A program made the position numbers and the translations under genes. The notes under the pieces are model-generated. The model was not told the origin of the DNA. It did no database searches and was given only the letters and a program-made list of their open reading frames with translations. Of a stretch of 64,000 nucleotides of DNA, positions 37,001-49,220 are shown in pieces. The stretch lies in NCBI GenBank assembly GCA_046075565.1, contig JBJTQJ010000025.1:1-64000 (forward strand). Reading direction: 5' to 3'. This DNA is from Verrucomicrobiales bacterium (lineage in GTDB: Bacteria > Verrucomicrobiota > Verrucomicrobiia > Verrucomicrobiales > SLCJ01). Position 1 is the first letter of the stretch, and the number at the start of each line of letters is the position of its first letter.

Positions 37001-40000
37001 ATGAACCGCCTCTTCCTCCTCCTTTTGGCCGCCCTTTTGGCAACGGCGCTTTATTTCGGACAGACCTCCGGTTCGTCCGGCTTTGGAAATGTCGCTCCCA
37101 GTGGCGATGGGACCAACCCGGAGGGAGCAACGCCCGCCACACCCGAGGCCAGAGCTGCCGAAACCCGACCTGTTTTGGCAGAACCCACCAACCAAACGGC
37201 CCCTGTCGAAGAGCGCGCCGGAACGAAAGAAATCCCGGTCTCAGCGGCCCGTGAACGAGACCAGGCAGGAAAACCGGTTCCGCTTATGCCTGTCCGCTTC
37301 TCCTTTGGCGACCGTCCCGGCGCGCCAGAACTCGCCTTGGCCATGGATGAATATGTCCGCCGGGAGGAAGATGGCAGCCAACACTTGGAAAAGCTCGATC
37401 CCCCCGCGACTCCGGAGACCATGGCCGGACGGCTTGCCGCCATCGGCAACGGCAACACCATCATGCCGGTCGCTTATCCGGTCGAGGGCCCGAAGACGAC
37501 AGCTACCCGACGGCTTGTCACACCGGACATCCGGCTCCAGGCGACTGATGCGGCCACGACCAACCTCTCCGCCAAATACCAACTGCAGAGATTGTCCAGT
37601 CCCGCTCTCACCGGCGACGAAAGGTTGCTGCGGGCCCACGACCCGCTTACCGCACTATCCATCACCGGTGAACTGCGCGAGGAAGGCAAAGACGCCCGTG
37701 TTGTTCTCGCGGCCACACGTTTCAAGCGTGCCCTGCCCAACGACCCGCTCGTCACCAACCAATGGCACATCAAAAAAATCGCTGCTTCTACCGCGGGCAC
37801 GGATGTGAATATCGAATCGGCGTGGAATTATCCTGGCACCGGGATCCGCGGCACCGGTGTGCGCATCGGGATCGTGGATGATGGGGTCCAGACCGGCCAC
37901 CCCGACTTCGTCGGAAACATCGACACGACCAATGACAAAGATTGGGTCGGCAATGACAATGATCCCAATCCCGAAACGGGAGACGACCATGGAACGGCCT
38001 GTGCCGGCAATGCCGCCGCACGGGGCAACAACTCCATCGGGGTCACGGGCACCGCCCCCGAGGCCACCATTGTCGGACTCCGCCTCCTCGGTGCCTCCAC
38101 CACGGATATTCAGGAAGCCGAAGCGATGTTGCATCGGAATGACATCATCTCGATCAAGAGCAACAGTTGGGGTCCGGCAGATGATGGTTTGACGCTTGAA
38201 GCCCCGGGCCCCGATACCCTCGCGGCATTCCAAACCGCCACGACCAGCGGGCGCGGCGGACGAGGGACCATCTTGGTTTTCTCCGCAGGCAACGGAGGAC
38301 TGGAAGGCGACAACTCGAACAAGGACGGTTACGCGAATTCGATTTACACCATTGCCGTGGGAGCCATCAACAGCCAAGGCATCTATTCGGGCTACAGCGA
38401 ACGTGGAGCCAATCTCGCGGTCTGCGCGCCATCAGATGATGACGCGACAACCCTCGCCATCACCACCACCGACCGCACGGGCGCCAATGGATATAACACG
38501 GCGGCATCGGCGAGCGGAGGTGATTACACCACCAACAACGAAGCAACGGGCTTCGGCGGCACCTCTTCGTCCGCGCCGACGGTCGCTGGGATTATTGCTC
38601 TTATGCTCCAGCAAAACCCGAATCTCGGCTGGCGCGACGTGAAAGAAATCCTCATGCGATCGGCGGTGAAGATCGACCCGACCGACGGGGAGTGGATCAT
38701 CAATGCTTCGGGGATGCGCTTCAACCACAACTATGGAGCCGGACTTGTCGATGCCTCGGCTGCCGTTGCCCTTGCCGCCGCATGGACGAATCTCGGCACG
38801 GCCACCAGCACCGTGTCCAGTCAAACCAGTCTCTCTGTCGCCATTCCCGACAACAACTCCACAGGCATCACCCGCACCTTCAATCTTTCCTCCACCAGCC
38901 TGCGTGTCGAACACGTCACCTTGAAACTGAACATCAACCATACGGCCCGCGGTGACCTCGACCTCCGCCTGATCTCACCTTCCGGAACCGAAAGTCAACT
39001 CGCCGAAGTTCATGGTGATGCTGGAGCCAACTACGCGAACTGGACATTTTCCACGGTCCGTAACTGGGGCGAGGCCTCCACCGGGACATGGACACTGAGG
39101 ATCTCGGATCGTTCCGCTACCAACATTGGCACTCTCACCTCCGCCGTGCTCACGGTGTATGGATCCAATGGCAACCTGCCGCCGAAAATCACCGCCGCTT
39201 CCCTATCCGCCACCGGCAATGCCTTTGCCGATCAAGCCCTGAGTGTCGCGTCGATCACGGCCACGGACCCTGAGAATTCGCCTCTCACCTACGCTTACCG
39301 GTGGGAATCCAGCACCGATGGCGTGACCTACGCCGCAAACGGACCAACCACCGCTTCTCTTCCTGCGAACGCCGCCAATGCCGCCAAACTCTGGCGTTGT
39401 CTCATCACCCCTTCGGATGGCTCGGCCATCGGCGCACCCTTCACCACAGCAGCGGTCAACCTCTTGGCCCGTCCGCCGGCCTCTGCCAAACCGGGCGCCG
39501 CTTTCATCTACACCAGTGGCCTCGTGCTCCGCGCCGCCACAGCAGCGGCACCTCGCCCGGCGATCATCAATGAATTCAGCCAAGGGCCAAGCGGAGGGAG
39601 CAGCGAATGGATCGAAATTCTGACCCTCGAGCCAACCAGCCTCGCCTTCTGGGATCTGACCGAAAGCAACGGACAAACTCTCGTCTTCGCCGATTCCCCG
39701 GTCTGGGATGATTTACCGGCCGGCACCTTGATCGTTGTTTATAACGGTGGAGCAACCAAGGCCCCGGTTCTTCCCGCCGATGACTTCGATCCCGCCGACG
39801 GCAAGATGGTAATCTCCAGCACCAACGCCACCTATTTCGATAACACTTACAACACCTGGATTTCTCTCGGCAATACCGGCGGTGACGCCATCAACCTCAA
39901 TGACTCCAGTGGGGTTCAGGTTGATTCGATATCTTATGGCACCAACACCACCGGCACGCCCCAGTTGGCTATTGTCGGGTCCGCGAAATCGGCCCAGTTC

Positions 40001-40705
40001 AACGGGAATACTTCGGCCGCTGCCGACTTGCTGGCGAACTGGACTGTCGTCAATGAAAACACCGCCACACCCGGCCAGCCGAATGGCGGTGCGAACACCA
40101 CGTGGGTCAACTCCCTGCGCTTGCCGCCAATCGCTCCTTTCCGCATCGGCGCCGGCTCCAACGTTCCTTCCGCACTCAGCCTCAACACGACCACCGGTGT
40201 GCTCTCCGGCACCATCGGTTCCGGGGTAACGCTAGGGAATTACCTCATTATCATCGAACGCACGAATGATCTCGGCGAGATTGTATCCCAATCCTTTACA
40301 TTGGAGATCACCAACGCGAATACTTATGCCCAATGGATTGCCGGGTATCCCGGACTCGCCAGCACGAACGAAACCGCCGATCCAGAAAAAGACGGTCTGC
40401 CGAATCTGGTGGAATTCTTGCTCCATAACCAGCATCCTGGTGTATCCGACTCCGGTTCGGCCGTGACTCTTTCCAGTTCTGGCGGACAACTCCGCCTCAC
40501 GTGGCGCGAATCAAAAAATACCGTGGGGGCGGTTCTTGAGCCGCAGTGGTCGCCGGACCTCAAAGCCACGACCTGGCAAACGACTGGCATCACCCTCCAG
40601 ACCTTGGAGGACCTGTCGACCAACCGGCTTCGCCAAGCGAGCTTGCCCATCGATCCTGTTTTCCCAAAACGCTTCCTCCGGTTGCGCGCACGGACTACGC
40701 CGTAG
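37001..40705 (+). CDS. Secreted S8 kexin/furin-like serine protease with P-domain, lamin-tail-like and Ig-like domains and a C-terminal sorting-like domain
   Basis: Catalytic motifs DDG, HGTACAG, AGNGG and GTSSSAP; SWGPADDG; P-domain (VEHV..HTARGDL..LISPSGT..WGE..GTWTL); IINEF..EWIEI. Confidence 0.9.
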   Translation: MNRLFLLLLAALLATALYFGQTSGSSGFGNVAPSGDGTNPEGATPATPEARAAETRPVLAEPTNQTAPVEERAGTKEIPVSAARERDQAGKPVPLMPVRFSFGDRPGAPELALAMDEYVRREEDGSQHLEKLDPPATPETMAGRLAAIGNGNTIMPVAYPVEGPKTTATRRLVTPDIRLQATDAATTNLSAKYQLQRLSSPALTGDERLLRAHDPLTALSITGELREEGKDARVVLAATRFKRALPNDPLVTNQWHIKKIAASTAGTDVNIESAWNYPGTGIRGTGVRIGIVDDGVQTGHPDFVGNIDTTNDKDWVGNDNDPNPETGDDHGTACAGNAAARGNNSIGVTGTAPEATIVGLRLLGASTTDIQEAEAMLHRNDIISIKSNSWGPADDGLTLEAPGPDTLAAFQTATTSGRGGRGTILVFSAGNGGLEGDNSNKDGYANSIYTIAVGAINSQGIYSGYSERGANLAVCAPSDDDATTLAITTTDRTGANGYNTAASASGGDYTTNNEATGFGGTSSSAPTVAGIIALMLQQNPNLGWRDVKEILMRSAVKIDPTDGEWIINASGMRFNHNYGAGLVDASAAVALAAAWTNLGTATSTVSSQTSLSVAIPDNNSTGITRTFNLSSTSLRVEHVTLKLNINHTARGDLDLRLISPSGTESQLAEVHGDAGANYANWTFSTVRNWGEASTGTWTLRISDRSATNIGTLTSAVLTVYGSNGNLPPKITAASLSATGNAFADQALSVASITATDPENSPLTYAYRWESSTDGVTYAANGPTTASLPANAANAAKLWRCLITPSDGSAIGAPFTTAAVNLLARPPASAKPGAAFIYTSGLVLRAATAAAPRPAIINEFSQGPSGGSSEWIEILTLEPTSLAFWDLTESNGQTLVFADSPVWDDLPAGTLIVVYNGGATKAPVLPADDFDPADGKMVISSTNATYFDNTYNTWISLGNTGGDAINLNDSSGVQVDSISYGTNTTGTPQLAIVGSAKSAQFNGNTSAAADLLANWTVVNENTATPGQPNGGANTTWVNSLRLPPIAPFRIGAGSNVPSALSLNTTTGVLSGTIGSGVTLGNYLIIIERTNDLGEIVSQSFTLEITNANTYAQWIAGYPGLASTNETADPEKDGLPNLVEFLLHNQHPGVSDSGSAVTLSSSGGQLRLTWRESKNTVGAVLEPQWSPDLKATTWQTTGITLQTLEDLSTNRLRQASLPIDPVFPKRFLRLRARTTP

Positions 40706-40871
40706 GCTTGCAAGAGAATTGGAACCACCCGGGCGTCGCGAATGGTCAAGGTGTTGGAAGTCCGGTCCTCAGTAACCCGGCAAACGTGTTTGCACAGTGC
40801 CCGCTTAGGACTGCGCCGACAACCTGTCGGCTATAGCCCGAAGGGCGAATCGGGAAAAAGTTTCCGGCGGT

Positions 40872-41026
40872 CACAGACGCACCGCTACAATGTTGGCTTG
40901 GGCCGTGGCCATGTTGGAGTGCGCCGGCAGAGGCAGCGTCAGCGACCATCGACGGCGCTTTCCGGGGGAGAGACGTCCCTTCACCAAAGCGGTGTGGCGT
41001 TCGTCCCTCACTTCCCACCGCACTCC
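40872..41026. repeat. Cluster of REP-like elements between convergent genes
   Basis: GTAG-type unit on the minus strand (tgtagcggtgcgtctgtg, 40872-40889). Inverted pair ggagtgcg...gcgcttt / aaagcggtg...cgcactcc at 40916-41026. Confidence 0.65.
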
Positions 41027-41063
41027 CACACCTGCGCTTGTCCTTCCCCTCCGCTGCCCCGCC

Positions 41064-41462
41064 TTAGCGGCGGCGGCGCTTGAGGTCGAGTTTTGCCAGG
41101 CTCTTGGCGAGGACGGCGCGCACGGCGGCTTCTTCTTCCGGCGTATGGTCGGCCTCGGCGAGGGCTTTCTTGGCCCGGGCGATGGCTTGTTCTTCCAAAT
41201 TCTCGTCGATTTCGCGTTCGCGGGCCGCCATGTCGGTGAGCACGATCACATTCATCTGCGTGACTTCGATGAAGCCCTCGCCAACGACGAGGTAGTGCTC
41301 GGCTCCCGCGTGTTTGTAGGAGAGTTCACCGGGCTGGAGCAAGGTCACGAGGTTGGCGTGTTTCGGCAACACGCCGAGTTGACCGTCGATTCCCGGAAGA
41401 ACAACCCCATCAATGGGTCCGGAAAAAACGAGGCTCTCGGGAGTGACAATGCTCAGCTTCAT
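41064..41462 (-). CDS. atpC: ATP synthase F1 epsilon
   Basis: LSIVTPE, GQLGVLPKHA; operon position. Confidence 0.96.
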   Translation of the reverse strand: MKLSIVTPESLVFSGPIDGVVLPGIDGQLGVLPKHANLVTLLQPGELSYKHAGAEHYLVVGEGFIEVTQMNVIVLTDMAAREREIDENLEEQAIARAKKALAEADHTPEEEAAVRAVLAKSLAKLDLKRRRR

Positions 41463-41492
41463 GGCGATAGCGGGGAATGCGGGCGGACTCGA

Positions 41493-42950
<1,458 letters not shown>

Positions 42951-43844
42951 TTAGCTGATGGCCATCTGGGCGGTGGTGATTTCGAGAAGCTCGTTGGTGA
43001 TGGCGGCCTGGCGGAGCTTGTTGTATTCGAGAGTGAGATCCTTGACGATGCCTTTGGCGTTGTCGGTGGCGCTCTTCATGGCGACCATCCGGCTCGAGTG
43101 TTCGGCGGCCCGCGATTCCAGCATCATCTGGAAAAGCAGGTAATCCACGTAGAGCGGGAGCAACTGCTCGAAAACCGTCGGGCGGTCGGGTTCGAAAAGA
43201 TAATCGGAATACACGGCGGCTTCCGGGCCCAACGGTTCCGGAACACCGGCCATGCCATCATAGTCGCGCTTTTCACCGACCTGGCTCGCATCGAGCGGCA
43301 GGAGTTGGGTGATGGTGGCGTGGTTGACGAGGGTGTTGACGAAATTGGTAAAGGCGACCTTCACCACGTCGATTTCCCCATCGAGGAATTTCTGCACGGC
43401 GAACTTGGCGACGCGCTTCACTTCGTTGAAGTGCACCGGGTCGCGCACTTGGAAGTCGGCGAGCAGATCCTTCTTCAACTTGGAAATGGCATTGCGGCCC
43501 TTGGCGCCGACACTCACATAGGAAGCGTCGGACGGGGCTTCGCGCAAGAGCTTGCGGAGCAGGTTCGTGTTCAGGCCGCCGCAAAGTCCCTTGTCGGTGG
43601 TGATGACGATGATCAACTCGCGTTTGCCCTCGCGTTCGACGAGCAACGGATGACCGCTGTTCTGCGCTTCTTCCTTGAGGTTGCGCAGAAGCGCCTCGAG
43701 GTGTTGCGCGTAAGCGCGGCTGGCCAACGCTTGGTCCTGCGCTTTCTTCATCTTCGAAGCCGCGACCAACTGCATCGCCCGGGTGATCTGGGCGGTGTTC
43801 TTGATCGACTTGATGCGTCGGCGGATGTCGCGGAGGTTGGCCAT
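42951..43844 (-). CDS. atpG: ATP synthase F1 gamma
   Basis: ITRAMQLVAASK, DKGLCG and RQAAITNEL. Confidence 0.98.
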   Translation of the reverse strand: MANLRDIRRRIKSIKNTAQITRAMQLVAASKMKKAQDQALASRAYAQHLEALLRNLKEEAQNSGHPLLVEREGKRELIIVITTDKGLCGGLNTNLLRKLLREAPSDASYVSVGAKGRNAISKLKKDLLADFQVRDPVHFNEVKRVAKFAVQKFLDGEIDVVKVAFTNFVNTLVNHATITQLLPLDASQVGEKRDYDGMAGVPEPLGPEAAVYSDYLFEPDRPTVFEQLLPLYVDYLLFQMMLESRAAEHSSRMVAMKSATDNAKGIVKDLTLEYNKLRQAAITNELLEITTAQMAIS

Positions 43845-43881
43845 GGCGGTGGTTGGCGGAAGAAGATGCGCGCGGCGTTAC

Positions 43882-45423
43882 TCAGCTCCAGGTGCTCTTG
43901 AAGTCCTGGATGGCGGACTTGAGCGCTTCGACGGTGTCCTTGTCCTTCTTGAGGTCGGGCTTCTCGTCGGCGATCTTCTGGAGTAGATCGACCTTGCGGT
44001 TCTTGAAGTAGTCTCCCAGTTTGCCTTGGAATTCGCGCACGCGGTTGACCGGCACATCGTCGAAGTAACCGTTCATCATCGCGAAGAGGAAGACACCTTC
44101 CAATTCCATCGGGAAAGGGGAATACTGCGCCTGCTTGAACATCTCGACGATGCGCTGGCCGCGCTGAATTTTCTTCTTCGTCGCTTCGTCGAGGTCGGAA
44201 CCGAACTGGGCGAAGGCCTGCAATTCACGGAACTGGGCGAGGTCGAGTTTCGTCGTGCCCGACACCGACTTGATGGTCTTCGTCTGGGCGGCGGAACCGA
44301 CGCGGGAAACGGAAAGACCGACGGAAATCGCGGGACGGATACCTTGATAGAAAAGGTCGGTTTCCAGATAGATCTGACCGTCGGTGATGGAAATCACGTT
44401 CGTCGGAATGTAAGCGGAAACGTCGCCGGCTTGCGTCTCGATGATCGGCAAAGCGGTCAAGGAACCACCACCAGCTTCTTCACTCAGACGAGCGGAACGC
44501 TCGAGCAACTTGGAGTGGAGGTAGAACACGTCACCCGGATAGGCTTCGCGACCGGACGGGCGGCGGAGCACCAGCGACACCTGGCGGTAGGCCACGGCGT
44601 GTTTGGAAAGGTCATCAAAAACGATGAGGGCATCCATGCCATTGTCCATGAACCATTCGCCAACGGCAGCACCGGCGTAAGGAGCCATGTATTGCATGGT
44701 GGCGGAGTCGGAGGCGGAAGCGCTCACCACGACGGTGTAGGGCATGGCGCCGGCTTCCTCGAGGGTGGCGACGATACGCGCGACGTTGGCGTTCTTCTGA
44801 CCGATGGCAACGTAGATGCAATACAGCGGCTTGTGGTCCTTCAGACGGCCTTCTTCGGCGGCCTTGTTCTGGCGGGCCTGGGCGATGATGGTGTCCACGG
44901 CGATGGTGGTCTTGCCGGTGGAGCGGTCACCGATGATCAGCTCGCGTTGTCCGCGGCCGACGGGAATCATCGCGTCGATGGCCATGATGCCGGTCTGCAC
45001 GGGCACGGAAACGGATTTCCGCTTGATGATCCCGGGCGCGATCTTTTCCATCGGATAGAAAGCTTCGTTCTTCAGGTCGCCTTTGCCGTCCAGCGGTTGG
45101 CCGAGCGCGTTGACAACGCGGCCGAGCAGGCCTTTGCCAACCGGCATTTCCAGAAGACGTCCGGTGGTTTTCACCTCGTCGCCTTCGTTAATCTTGTTGC
45201 CATCGCCGAAGAGAATGACCCCGACGCTGGTTTCCTCGAGGTTGAGGGCCAGACCGGTGACCCCGTGAGGGAACTCGATCATTTCGTTGAGCTGGACGTC
45301 GCTCAAGCCTTCGACTTTGGCCACGCCGTCGCCGATTTCGCGCACAACACCGACATTGGTGCGGGTGGCGGATGTTTTCAGTCCGGCGATTTGGGATTCA
45401 AGTTCCTGCAGGATGGTGCTCAT
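43882..45423 (-). CDS. atpA: ATP synthase F1 alpha
   Basis: [22 protein letters not shown] and [13 protein letters not shown]. Confidence 0.99.
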   Translation of the reverse strand: MSTILQELESQIAGLKTSATRTNVGVVREIGDGVAKVEGLSDVQLNEMIEFPHGVTGLALNLEETSVGVILFGDGNKINEGDEVKTTGRLLEMPVGKGLLGRVVNALGQPLDGKGDLKNEAFYPMEKIAPGIIKRKSVSVPVQTGIMAIDAMIPVGRGQRELIIGDRSTGKTTIAVDTIIAQARQNKAAEEGRLKDHKPLYCIYVAIGQKNANVARIVATLEEAGAMPYTVVVSASASDSATMQYMAPYAGAAVGEWFMDNGMDALIVFDDLSKHAVAYRQVSLVLRRPSGREAYPGDVFYLHSKLLERSARLSEEAGGGSLTALPIIETQAGDVSAYIPTNVISITDGQIYLETDLFYQGIRPAISVGLSVSRVGSAAQTKTIKSVSGTTKLDLAQFRELQAFAQFGSDLDEATKKKIQRGQRIVEMFKQAQYSPFPMELEGVFLFAMMNGYFDDVPVNRVREFQGKLGDYFKNRKVDLLQKIADEKPDLKKDKDTVEALKSAIQDFKSTWS

Positions 45424-45482
45424 GGTTTTCGGAATTGCGGGGATTCGGGAAGTCGTGATGAAAAATGGATACGGAAAATCTG

Positions 45483-45872
45483 TTAGCGGGTAACGGCGGC
45501 GGTCAGGGAGTCGAGGCGGGCACGGATGCTGCCGTCGAAGACATCGCTGCCGAGCTTCACGCGCAGTCCGCCGATCAAGCCGGGGTTGGTCTGGAATTCG
45601 GCGGTCACGTCGGCACCGTAGCGGGCGCGCAGACTGGCGAGGAGTTCACTCTGGGTATTGGCATCGAGGGTCGTAGCGCTCTCCACGATGGCGTGGCGGC
45701 GTTGTTTTTCCAGCCGCACGAAACGGGCGAAAGATTCCAGCACTCCGATATCGGACTTGCCGGCCAATTTCTCCATGACCTGGCGGGCACGCTCGTCGGA
45801 GAACTTTCCGCCTTCCGAACAGAAACGGAAGAGTTGGCGGGCGGTGCGCTGGGCTTCGCGGCTGGACTTCAT
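45483..45872 (-). CDS. atpH: ATP synthase F1 delta (short)
   Basis: [18 protein letters not shown]; operon position. Confidence 0.9.
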   Translation of the reverse strand: MKSSREAQRTARQLFRFCSEGGKFSDERARQVMEKLAGKSDIGVLESFARFVRLEKQRRHAIVESATTLDANTQSELLASLRARYGADVTAEFQTNPGLIGGLRVKLGSDVFDGSIRARLDSLTAAVTR

Positions 45873-45884
45873 GGTCGGGAAAAA

Positions 45885-46415
45885 TCAGGCTCCGATTTGG
45901 GAGGCGGTTTCGCGGGTCAGGCGCTCTTGGTCGGCGGGAGTGAGTTCCTTGCCGATCACCTTGGCGGTGGTCGCGACCACGAGGCGGCCGACTTCGCCCT
46001 TGAGTTCGCGCATCATCGAGTCGCGTTCCAGAACGCTGGCCTCGCGGGCTTTCTCGAGAATGGCGGCGGCTTCGCTGATGGTGGCCTGGCGTTCGCGTTC
46101 GGCGATGGCGTGGGCGCTGTCCTTGGCTTCGGAGAGCATCGCTTCGGCTTTGCCATTGGCTTCGCCGAGCATTTCGGAAATTTTCTTCTGCGCCTCGGCG
46201 AGTTGATCGCGCATCTCGGCGGCATTCTTCTGCCCTTCCTCGATGGTGCGGCGGCGTTCTTCGAGCATCGCCTGCACGGGGCCGTAGGCGAACTTGTAAA
46301 GCAAAGCCGCCACGAGCAGGAAGCTCACCACTTGCGAGATGAAGATCTGCGGGTGAAACCCGAATTTCTCCGCTATTTCGGCGACGTCTTCGGAAATCGT
46401 GGCTAGGAAGAACAT
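45885..46415 (-). CDS. atpF: ATP synthase Fo subunit b
   Basis: N-terminal TM helix, YGPV..LEERR and a coiled coil. Confidence 0.95.
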   Translation of the reverse strand: MFFLATISEDVAEIAEKFGFHPQIFISQVVSFLLVAALLYKFAYGPVQAMLEERRRTIEEGQKNAAEMRDQLAEAQKKISEMLGEANGKAEAMLSEAKDSAHAIAERERQATISEAAAILEKAREASVLERDSMMRELKGEVGRLVVATTAKVIGKELTPADQERLTRETASQIGA

Positions 46416-46460
46416 TGGAATCGAGACGGTAGAATGAGAATGGGAAACGGTAAAACTTGG

Positions 46461-46495
46461 TCGCCCGGGGGAATCACTGGATAGCCCCCGGGCGA
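46461..46495 (-). other. Strong intercistronic hairpin between atpE and atpF
   Basis: tcgcccggggg-N13-cccccgggcga (11 bp stem) with no U tract. Confidence 0.7.
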
Positions 46496-46503
46496 TCGGA
46501 ACA

Positions 46504-46713
46504 TCACTTCGCGAGGTAGATCGCGAAGAAGACGATACCTTCGGCGAAGGCGGTGCTCAGAATGGCTTGGGTCAGGATTTGGCCGGAAGCTCCGGGATTG
46601 CGGCCCACGGCCTCGGAGGCCTTGGCGCCGATGATGCCGACCGCGAGGGCGGAGCCGATGGCGGCCAGACCGATATGGAGGTTGCCCGACAGTTCTGCAA
46701 GGATGTTGAACAT
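46504..46713 (-). CDS. atpE: ATP synthase Fo subunit c
   Basis: Two TM helices, RNP loop and acidic residue in AFAEG. No obvious Na+-type Q...ES/ET signature. Confidence 0.95.
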   Translation of the reverse strand: MFNILAELSGNLHIGLAAIGSALAVGIIGAKASEAVGRNPGASGQILTQAILSTAFAEGIVFFAIYLAK

Positions 46714-46788
46714 GGTAGTGGTTTCTTGGTTTGTTGTTTTTCCCCCGGCGGCCCCACACGTTGCGCATGGTCAACCGCCGGAAATTTT

Positions 46789-47757
46789 TCAGTGATGGGA
46801 TGTCTCGGCGTGATCGTGGTCGTCGCCGTGGGCGCACATGAGTCCGGTAAAGACCGCCGTGAGCAGCATGAAGACGAGAGCCTGGACCGCTCCGACGAGC
46901 AATTCCATGAAGTAGAATGGGATGGCCGCCAGCCAGCCGAACTTCGGGCTGATGGCCAGCATCGTTTCGAGCAGGTTCTCACCCGCGAAGATGTTGCCGT
47001 AGAGACGGAAGGAGAGGGAAACCGGCCGGAAGGCGATGGAAATAACCTCCAGCAATCCCGCGAAAAGGAACGGAAGGGCCAGCACGGCGGCCAAGCCCAT
47101 GCCCATCTTGTCTTTGGCCGGCCAGAAAATGTGCTTCAGGAAGCCGACGACCCCGGCGCTCTGGATCGACCAGACCAACCACAGGAGCATGAAAACCACC
47201 GAGAGCCCGAGGGTCATGTTCAAGTCGGCATTCGCGCCCCGGAAAATCGGTCGTGGAACATACTTGAGGAAAATCGAGCCTTCGGATGTGGGGAGGCCGT
47301 AGCCGATGCTGCCCACGCCGGGAACCAGACCGAACCAGTTCGCGCAGAGCACGAAGATGAAAATCGTGGCGAAGAACCAATAGGTCTTGCGCGCCAATTC
47401 CCGGCCGAGGATGCCCTGGAGAAATCCCTGCAACCCCTCGACAATCGCCTCGATCAGATTCTGCAAACCGGTGGGCACCAGCGTCATCTTCCTGGTAGCA
47501 AGCTGGGCGACCAGGATGAGGCAAATCGCCACCACCCACATGGTGATCATGGAGTTGGTGATCTTGAACCACCCGAGTTCCATGACGATGGGCGGGGCGG
47601 TTGGCAGACCGTGGTGGCCACCCGCGGCCAGCATCGGAACGAAGGCTCCCGGCATTTGAATTCCCCCGGCCCCCGTCATCGCATGGCTCCCTGTTGCAGA
47701 TGCCAAAAAGACAATGGCGAGGGCGATGCGGCAGAGGATGGCGATTGGACGCGACAT
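46789..47757 (-). CDS. atpB: ATP synthase Fo subunit a
   Basis: FRPVSLSFRLYGNIFAGE and QALVF. Start uncertain. Confidence 0.96.
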   Translation of the reverse strand: MSRPIAILCRIALAIVFLASATGSHAMTGAGGIQMPGAFVPMLAAGGHHGLPTAPPIVMELGWFKITNSMITMWVVAICLILVAQLATRKMTLVPTGLQNLIEAIVEGLQGFLQGILGRELARKTYWFFATIFIFVLCANWFGLVPGVGSIGYGLPTSEGSIFLKYVPRPIFRGANADLNMTLGLSVVFMLLWLVWSIQSAGVVGFLKHIFWPAKDKMGMGLAAVLALPFLFAGLLEVISIAFRPVSLSFRLYGNIFAGENLLETMLAISPKFGWLAAIPFYFMELLVGAVQALVFMLLTAVFTGLMCAHGDDHDHAETSHH

Positions 47758-48008
47758 GCGGAAAATTCGGGGAATAGGAAAGGGAGCGCCTAATGTCCGA
47801 AATCGCGAGATGTTGGCAAGTTGAATTTGTGAAATTTTTCACAAGCTCGCCCACGACGTCAAAAGAAGTTGAAAATCAACACTATTAAACTTTGTCGGCT
47901 AACATACCCACCGGCCCCACTCCAGCGGCGATTCGCCCGAAGGAAGGAAGGCAGGTTCCCGAATCTTTTTTGAAAATTCCCGCCCTCCCCGCGAGTAATG
48001 GTGAGTCC

Positions 48009-49097
48009 ATGAAAAACCATTACCGAAATCTGATCTCCGCCTGCAGCCTTTCCCTGCTTGCGACCTCCGCGCTCCATGCCGCCGACCTCCCCGACCCCGA
48101 CGGCAAACCCGCCGACATGACCAAACCGGTCCAGGTCTTCATCATCATGGGCCAGTCCAATACCCTCGAAATGGGCAAGGTGACTCCCGATCTGGGCACA
48201 CTCTATCCTTTCCTCGTCGATGACGCCGGCAAGGAAACCGTCCGTCAGGACGTCCGCAACGTCTCGGTGATGGAAAAACGCGGCAGCATGAATGTCTATC
48301 GCAACGAATGGCTCACCCTCGCCGGCAAGGGCAAGATCGGCATCGAAACGGGCATCGGCCACCAGCTCGGCAATGCCATCGACGCCCCGGTGATGGTGCT
48401 GAAAAGCTCCATCGGCAACCGCAGCCTCGGTTGGGACCTCCTGCCCCCGGGCAGCAAGCGCGCCCTCGCGGAAGTCACGGAAAAAGACGGCACCAAGGTC
48501 ACCAAGGTCGTCGCGGGATACAAGGAAGCGCCGGACGTCTGGGTCGCCGACCCTGCCAAGGGCATCGACACCCCCCCGCCCCCGTTTGTCGACAAAAATG
48601 GCAAACCCATCGAGTGGTATGCCGGCAAACAATGGGACGACGACATCCGCAACGCCAAGAAGATCCTCGAGGACCTGAACACCTACTACCCCGATGCCAA
48701 AGGCTACGAAGTGGCCGGTTTCCTCTGGTGGCAAGGCGACAAGGACCGCTACAATGTCGCCCACGCCAGCCGCTACGGGGAAAACCTCGTCGCCCTCATC
48801 AACGCGCTGCGCAAGGAGTTCAATGCCCCCAATGCGAAGTTCGTCTGCGGCACCCTCGGCCAAACCGCCAAGGACTCCGAACCCGGCAACGACAAAATGA
48901 TCTTCGACGGCCAAATGTCCGTCGATGGCGAGACCGGCAAGTATCCCGAATTCAAAGGCAATGTCTCCACCGTCTACACGCACCCGCTCAGCAAGGGCGG
49001 AGCCTCCAATGGCCACTACAACGGCAATGCCGAGACCTACATGAACGTCGGTCTCGGATTGGGCGAAGCGATGGCCAAGCTGATCAAGGGCAACTAA
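48009..49097 (+). CDS. Secreted SGNH-type carbohydrate esterase (sialate O-acetylesterase/CE6-like)
   Basis: Signal peptide, MGQSN, GFLWWQGD and C-terminal HYNGN. Confidence 0.75.
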   Translation: MKNHYRNLISACSLSLLATSALHAADLPDPDGKPADMTKPVQVFIIMGQSNTLEMGKVTPDLGTLYPFLVDDAGKETVRQDVRNVSVMEKRGSMNVYRNEWLTLAGKGKIGIETGIGHQLGNAIDAPVMVLKSSIGNRSLGWDLLPPGSKRALAEVTEKDGTKVTKVVAGYKEAPDVWVADPAKGIDTPPPPFVDKNGKPIEWYAGKQWDDDIRNAKKILEDLNTYYPDAKGYEVAGFLWWQGDKDRYNVAHASRYGENLVALINALRKEFNAPNAKFVCGTLGQTAKDSEPGNDKMIFDGQMSVDGETGKYPEFKGNVSTVYTHPLSKGGASNGHYNGNAETYMNVGLGLGEAMAKLIKGN

Positions 49098-49220
49098 TCC
49101 ACACCGACGAATCTCGTCAGGTTTTACAACGGCGTGCGGGGTCTCCCCGCGCGCCGTTTGCCTTACAAGCGGCGAAATTCCCCGCTTGCCATGGCGCGCG
49201 GAATGCTTTCCAATGCCCCC

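Noticed and set aside
49098-49220. preQ1 riboswitch upstream of queC
   Set aside because: No recognisable preQ1 stem-loop with an A-rich tail.
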